NCBI GenBank assembly: GCA_051362555.1
Contig: CM120641.1
Span: 21,452,001-21,516,000 of the forward strand
Direction: 5' to 3'
DNA from: Lingula anatina
Lineage: Eukaryota; Animalia; Brachiopoda
DNA: 64,000 nucleotides
Both the position numbers and the translations under genes were made by a program. Each line of letters starts with the position of its first letter. Position 1 is the stretch's first letter. Below, one piece after another: positions 57,401-64,000 of the stretch. The notes below the pieces were generated by a model, which had not been told where the DNA came from, searched no databases, and was given only the letters and a program-made list of their open reading frames with translations.

Positions 57401-60400
57401 GTTGCTTTTTTCACATTTAGGTGATTAGTTTATGCAAAAGGTATATTCAGGTCTGGTGCATTTCAGAAGAAATTCACTGTCACAGCTGAATTGAATTGAT
57501 ATATCATGGTAGAAAAAGATCACTGGGTAACCATGTTTCATTTGGCTGTTGCTAATTTCCGTTTCTGTGATCTGCATACCCAGTGCCATAAAAGCCATTA
57601 AAAAGAAAAGAACAGGCAGACCATTGTATATATTGTGTTGTTAATATCATTTTTGTCTAGTGGAAATTCAGTAAAATGTGTTTAAGCAACTCCCATAGTA
57701 GGTGCTCACCTTTCATAAATAATTATATTTTGAGTTTCAAGAATCAAGAAGGGCAGCAATTAAAAAAAAATGCAGAGATTTTAAGAATGAATTACAATAT
57801 ATGTCTTTTATATAAAGTAGCTGTAGTATATTTTGAATATGCAACATGCAAAGATTATTTGATTTGCACTGTGAAAAATTTCAAAACACTCTTGGTGTAA
57901 TGTGTTTGATTTCATTTGTGATTTTTAAGGTCATAAAATGTTCTGGACACCTGATACCACACACAGAAGAATTGGCCATGAAATTAGGCTTGAAGGATGG
58001 AAAGGATCTCACTTGTATAGCATTGATAGGGGAACCTATACCACATCCATCCAACATAGAGATCCCGCTGGATAGTCGCACATTCCTTAGTCGCCACAGC
58101 ATGGACATGAAATACACTTTCTGCGATGACAGGTAATCTGAAGAATAGAAATGCTGGGCTGTGTACTGAACAAAAGTATTTCTGAGACTCATACTACTGT
58201 TTTTATCTGGCTTAGACTTTTGTATCAGAAAAACAGAAAAACAGCTCTGTCACAGGAAAATTTCCAAAGAAAATTTCCATGAAAATTTCAGCATTGATTG
58301 ATCTGAGTTCTTTGTATTTGTATTGGTGACTTTTGGAAAATTAATACCAGTGTATCTGTGTCAGTTTTAGTGACTTTCAATTAATTGACCTTAACCATGT
58401 AAACCTATGCATATATCTTTTCTTTTCTTTCATCTTGATAATTACCAGTTAGTGGTAGTAGCAATTATTGCATAGCCATTTTGGATAATATATTTTCTAA
58501 CTGTTTTTGAAGAAAACTGATCGTAATTTTTTTCTTTCAGAATTCACGAACTTGTTGGATATGGTGGTGACGACTTGATTGGGAAGTCTGTCTATGAGTT
58601 TCACCATGCTTTGGATAGTGAAGAAATAGAAAGATCATATAAAACTTGTAAGTTGTTATTTAAATGAAAATGATCATGTCAGTTCTCTTTAGTTCTAAAT
58701 TCTTCTTGTGTTGAAGAAACAGTAAGGGTCTGTTCCCACAACTTTAGATCGATCTATCACCGCGGGGAGTCTCACCAGACTACCGTCAGATAATCCCCCT
58801 TAAGTGTCCGTCCCCGCCCACTACAAGCCGTAAGGGGCAATTAACTTTCGTGTCCGCCCGGCTGACAGCTATTCAGCGTGAACCCCCAGGGAGTTAGGTC
58901 GATCCAAAGTAGGTCGATCTAATCTATGGAAATGGGGTGTAAGATTTTGAGTTACACAAAGATTCAAGTTAAGCAATTTTTATATTTAAAAATATTATAA
59001 GTTTTGCCCACAGTAAGAAAAAAAATCACAATTTGCTCAAGATTAAGTAATGGGGTCAAGAGTTGGTTTCTGGGTATTATGAACTAGAGAACCATATATG
59101 CCCAAATGACGTCATTCCAGTCCAGGCCAGAAGCCCTTAATAGGGACAAGGATAATCTTATCTGTCCTGTATTAACAGTATACATAGATATCAGGTGCTC
59201 CAGACAGTGTCAAACAGCTATTTTGGGTGCAAGTTCGTATGATATTGACATCAGACCCTGGATGATAGCAGCAGTGTTTTTATTTGAAATCCTATCGTCT
59301 ATTGCTACATCAGTGTGGGGATTATAGAAATATCTGATTGAGGAGGGGGAGGTGTGCAATTTATCATAAATGCTGTTTGTGATTTTGACCACTGACCTGT
59401 CCTTAAACTGAAACTTGATTTGTGGTTCTTTTGAGAGTATATTTATTCTCAAAACTCTGTCTATATAGTAAGAAAAGTTTCTTGCATACATGCTACTTTT
59501 ACACATGCAAGGCTTGCAACTATTCTTGAGCAATGCAACACATTGCATTAAGATGTAAACCCTTTAGAATGGTGACATATTGTGTCTCCCATTAAATTGT
59601 CTGTGGAACCAGTTAACAAGTGTACATTATGCTAAGGCATGGTGTGCATCAAAGTAGAGGTTAGGAAGTGAGAACACGTCTGGGTCATATAATATTCAAG
59701 GACAGACTCCAGTGGCCCATTTAGACTCAAGTTACAGGCTACACTCAAGAAGTAACCTCTTGGAATGCATATATGCCTATGTTGGTCCTTGTACAAGTAT
59801 ACTGATAAGCAGTTCTAAAATTTAACTTGAGTTGACTTAAGTGCACATACCTCTGCCAAGTAAAAGGAATTAAAATGATACAAATATTAGGTGACCTGAA
59901 TTCATTTGAAATTCCAACCACTTCTTTACATCCCGAATAATTGTCTCTACTATAGATTTAATATTAGTGTGAAGTTATTTGAGACAACTTGTCTACAACT
60001 AAACAATTTTGTTTTTCTTTTATTAAAAGAAATGTAAAGTTTAAGGTTTGTTTCATTATTTTATTATCACGTTTACATGTATTTTTTATTATTTTTATTT
60101 TTTCCTTTTAGTGTTTTCTAAAGGCCAGACTGTGACTGGGCAGTATCGTTTCCTGGCCAAAGATGGCGGTTTTGTCTGGGTGGTTACAGAGGGCACTGTG
60201 ATCTACAACAGTCGTAACCAAAAACCACAGTGTGTAGTCTGTGTCAACTATGTTCTTAGGTAGGCTTTTGTATGCGGTAAAAACAACAATTTAATAAGTA
60301 TTTTAAAATTGGTGAATCCCACACACCCATGTTAGGTCACAAACTTTTCAAAATTATTGAGAGGCCCATTGTAAAATTTGACAAAGTTTTCTAAGTGAAA

Positions 60401-63400
60401 AAACTTATGTTGGTGGAAAATTGTCTTTCTACAAAATTTTCAAGACCGACTAAATTTCAAGTTTCTATGCTCATTTTCATTTTCATATAGTAATAGAGTT
60501 CAGTGTTAGAAATAGAATTATTCAGTGGTCATCACTTCATTACATTATTGTTATTTATCTTTTTCTATAAATCTGAGACTCCCAACTTTTTATGAATGAT
60601 CCTTTAGGCCAGTAAGGCATAGATTTTATTGGGCCAGTTTTAAAGTCACAGCCTTGAAATATGCAGACCAGTACTTATTTTATACATTGAATTTGTTATG
60701 TTATATTGAATTTATGCCCATATGTGGAGCAGCTGCTGTGTCATGAAATTTGTAATTTTGTTATCTAGTTCAAAAAATGACACAAAAATATTTTTTGTAA
60801 AAAAAAAAGCCTACAACACAGAATGAACCAGAACAAAGTAAACTTTGTAATTTTCTGAATTCCGTCTGCATAAAAAAATGTTATTTTCAGTGGTATACAG
60901 CAGGAGAAGGCCATCATGTCCAACTTCCAGAGCACTCCAGAATATTGGCCAGTGGCAGATGTAGGCATTTCACGGAAAACTGATAGAATCTGGGAGCCAT
61001 TACCAGTTGATGCTAGTGGCACAAAGAAGGAAACTTCTAGTAAGTGTAATATCTTATTGTTCCTCTTATTTTGATTCTGATTTATGAACAGAGTTTACCA
61101 ACAGTTGAGTTCCAATGTAAAGTTTGTTTTGCTTGGAGCTGGTTTTCTTATTTTATTTTTTCTATGATTCATTATTTTTTTATTTCCTTATTTATTTTTG
61201 GCATGCATTTCCTATATTTTATTTGTACGTTACTTCAAATTAAATGCTTGATGCTTTCATTGAATTTATCTCTATACTTAAAAAATCTTTTATATCCAAC
61301 ATCTATCAAAAATATATATCATAAGAAGCCGCTTTGGGATTAAAAGTTGTGTGGCTTTGTGTAAATGTGCTTCACATCCCAGGCTTTTATGCAATGCCTA
61401 TAAAAGAGACTATATCTATACATGTACAGCCGGTATATCCATATATTTGATCATGATAATAAGAAAAAAAGAACTACAAAGGCTTCATGACCTTGTGAAT
61501 TATTTACAGCACATTGTAGAAAAACCTAAATGTCCCCAAAAAGGCACATTGACAAGGTTTAAAAAATCCTTAAAGATAAGAATTTATTTCTAAAGCCATT
61601 TGTTATATATGAAATATAAAAATTGGATTTTTTAACTAAGTTAAAAGCAGTAATTTAGGAAATGGGCATTTTAATTATGGATTATGTATGATAAAAATTG
61701 CTTAAAACTGTTTATGTCCTTGAGAAGTAAGAAGCCCACTGTTAAGTGAAAAGTGTTGATGTAAGGTGATAGTTTCCCATAATGCCTTCAGTTCTTTTCT
61801 GCATTCTGTCCTTACAATTTTTAGGCAAACATTTGTATATTCACACTTGGGTGTTTTGATATAAATGATAACAGGAAAATAATTCTTTTTTTTTTTTGGG
61901 GGGGGGGGGGGGGTGAGGATTCTTAGAATAAAGGAAATGTAGTATTATTAGATGAGTTGATTGAGGTGCATGTGAAGCAAATGCACAGAAGATGTGTTAT
62001 GTATACCTCTTCTGTTTTATTATTATTTAGCTTGGGCAGATGATGAGGATCTGCTTCAATATGCTCCTGCCTTTGGAGATGCCTGTATTCCCCTGCCAAT
62101 TCCATCCAGCTTCTCTGGTAAGAGCTAGATACATGTAGCAAACCAGTAGAGAAGAGACACTTCCCTCATGAACCTCTTAAAAGCCTCTCTTTTGAACTAA
62201 GGGAGAACTGCAGTTGGTTTTTCAATGTCTTTTGTTGTATAAGAATGGTGAAACCATAAATAATTAGACTTTTTAGGAAGCATGACATTTGCTGTAGGAT
62301 TGAAATATCAAGCCTCAAAAAGAAGAAAGCATGTTTTGTCTTTTATGAAACCATATACCATTTTGCTGGAATAGAAACTGTATAAAACACCTTTGTAGGA
62401 CCAATCTTTGACAGGTTTTGCAGTAAATACACCACGGTTTCTGTATTTTTGTTTTCTTGTTTACCATTGGTTTCTGTGTGTTGCTTTTGGCATTGAATAA
62501 ATTTCCTTTTAATATGTACAGATTTATATAGATGGTTGCTCAGATGTTATAGAACTGCTGTATTATTAATACTCATAAACCCCTGCTTATCATTCAAGAA
62601 AAAGTGAAAACCAATGTTTTTGTGAAAAAAAATAGAGTGAAAATGTGAGACTACAAATGAAGCCTTGAACATTTAAAACAGTGAAATAAATTATTTTTAA
62701 ATGATTCAAAATATAAGTCTCCCAAAGAGCAGCTTCAGTATGTGCTATTTTGATTTTGTGTAGATTTGTAAATATTTTCTTTTGTCTGTAAAGTTGTTAT
62801 GATTAGCTTTTTCTGTGCATGCATGTATTGCGTTTGAGGGAAAATGCAGCATGTTGATGCAGCTTCATTTATTTTAAAAGACTTCAGTTATAAAAAGATG
62901 TAGAGATGAGAATGTTCCAAATATTTATATTTGATATGATTTGTTTGCAGAAGAACTGTTTGATAAAGGAACCAGCATGTATGATGGGCCGTTTTTCGAG
63001 GATGACCCTCTGTGTCCCTACCCAATGAAGAAGGAGCCAGATGCTAGAAATGAAAGTTTCAGGCAGTATGTTCAGCGCAGCAGCGAATCTGTGTGCGACA
63101 TGGACAGCAATTGTAGTTCCACCCCACCGGTATAGTATCCACTGCAGTTTTTGGTTGTTGTTTGAAAAGAAGTGCTGAAGAGATGAGTTATAAAAATTGT
63201 AAAATATTTTTTTTTTCTAAAAATGTAAGCTGGTCAAACCACTGCAAGTTTTGAAGATCTGCAGGTTTTCTTTTGGTGCTTGAAAAAGTAGTCATAACAT
63301 AAGGATTTTTATGCATGATTGTCATTTGTATATATACATGTAAGAAACACTGTGACAGAAATAGGAAGCATTACAAGTGTCTAGTTCCAATGCTTAGTGT

Positions 63401-63680
63401 CTCACCAATTGTTCTTTAGTATGTTTCAATCATATATAGTTTGAAAAACAACAACCGACACTGTTGTAGCAACAAGGTGTCTTTTGTTTTGACCGGTATG
63501 GCAAATGTGACAATGTCTGCTTATTGTTTTTAGTCTGAGCAGCAACATGTTAGCCCAGCTGATACCCCTGCTCCCCCAGAGGCTCTCCAGACACCGGTTA
63601 ATCTGGACAGTGTGATGTTGGACAGACTGAAGGTCAGCGAGACTGGAATCTATGTGGACACCATGGACAATGCAGACGAT
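42476..63680 (+). CDS. HIF1A: Hypoxia-inducible factor alpha (bHLH-PAS), 3'-partial; continues beyond the window
   Basis: Phase-consistent exons: 42476-42504 ([10 protein letters not shown]), 49900-50087 (bHLH: [19 protein letters not shown]...[16 protein letters not shown]), 52539-52690, 56950-57138 (PAS-A: [33 protein letters not shown]), 57930-58132 ([25 protein letters not shown]), 58541-58647, 60112-60259 ([17 protein letters not shown]...[19 protein letters not shown]), 60891-61039, 62031-62117 (NODD-like [17 protein letters not shown]), 62951-63129, 63534-63680. This is an invertebrate HIF-alpha; HIF1A is a family label only. Confidence 0.92.
45150..45687. mobile_element. PIF/Harbinger-like MITE with about 135-bp near-perfect TIRs in HIF-alpha intron 1
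   Basis: TAA|GAGCGCATTCTCAACGAATTAAGCCAGGC...GCGGGGTACAGT is mirrored by ACTGTACCCCGC...GCCTGGCTTAATTCGTTGAGAATGCGCTC|TAA, with a 3-bp TAA TSD. One arm has a small indel. Confidence 0.88.
46744..46990. mobile_element. Degenerate hairpin MITE related to 58726-58939
   Basis: Inverted arms GATCTATCTCCGAGAGGATTTTCACTAAATTGC / GCAATTTAGTGAGAAACCCCTCGGAGATGGATT; shares TAGATYGATCTATC, AAGGGG..AATTAA and TAGGTCRATCTA motifs with the second copy. Confidence 0.55.
49109..49125 (+). CDS. Candidate alternative first coding exon of HIF-alpha (MNTLFR)
   Basis: ATG AAT ACC TTG TTC AG|GTTTCT ends in phase 2, the same as exon 1, so it splices in frame to the bHLH exon at 49900. Motif-rich putative promoter at 48620-48825. 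The donor is weak. Confidence 0.45.
58726..58939. mobile_element. Degenerate hairpin MITE related to 46744-46990
   Basis: GC/CpG-rich insert flanked by TAA, with inverted TAGATCGATCTA / TAGGTCGATCTA motifs. Confidence 0.55.
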
Positions 63681-64000
63681 GTACGTAGTTTTCTTTGAGT
63701 TTTAGTACTGATATTATCAGGCTTTTGCAAGCATTAAAGTATTTCATTTAGACCTAAGAGAATTTTTTAATGTATTTTATCATTTTTTCAACACGTTATG
63801 TTACTATTATTTAATTGACTGGAAAAACAGCTGTTTGGCTTAAAAACCTGACATTTCCATGTGCGCTGTATTCTGTATGGGCATTTCGTAAAACTTTGAA
63901 ACCAACTGTTTGAACTTCAGGGAAATGAACAGGGCTTATGTGCACTTTTGGGTAAACATTTTATCAAAACAGCATTCACAAAATAATTTGTTGTGGTAAC

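Noticed and set aside
63921-63951. Possible next HIF-alpha exon containing the CODD
   Set aside because: The AG...GT-bounded segment encodes no LxxLAP/RAPYI-like motif in the required phase 0; the CODD is probably beyond the window.

Overview
AT-rich (roughly one-third GC, CpG-poor) eukaryotic genomic DNA with spliceosomal introns, most likely from an invertebrate bilaterian. I rebuilt exon chains by hand from splice sites and phase. Seven protein-coding genes are supported: (1) DZANK1 (minus, 19 coding exons, 657-18484); (2) an intronless melatonin-receptor/Moody-like class A GPCR nested antisense in a DZANK1 intron (6058-7395); (3) a 77-aa PET117 homologue, split over three exons and only partly visible in the ORF track (19320-20517); (4) SENP8/DEN1 (20528-21187), starting 10 nt after the PET117 stop in the same exon, i.e. 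an apparently bicistronic PET117-SENP8 mRNA; (5) a bacterial-type enoyl-CoA hydratase with a mitochondrial-presequence-like N-terminus (minus, 22465-23838); (6) YLPM1/ZAP3 (24804-39512, 21 exons); (7) a HIF-alpha gene (from 42476, running off the window end). There are also several non-autonomous DNA transposons, one carrying a RecQ-like helicase fragment (AcademH-like). The strongest leads are the PET117-SENP8 bicistron, a dense cluster of 5' splice-site decoys in a YLPM1 intron, the possibly horizontally acquired crotonase, and a second first exon plus non-canonical oxygen-degron and basic-region residues in HIF-alpha. All homology calls come from recalled family motifs; no database search was run.
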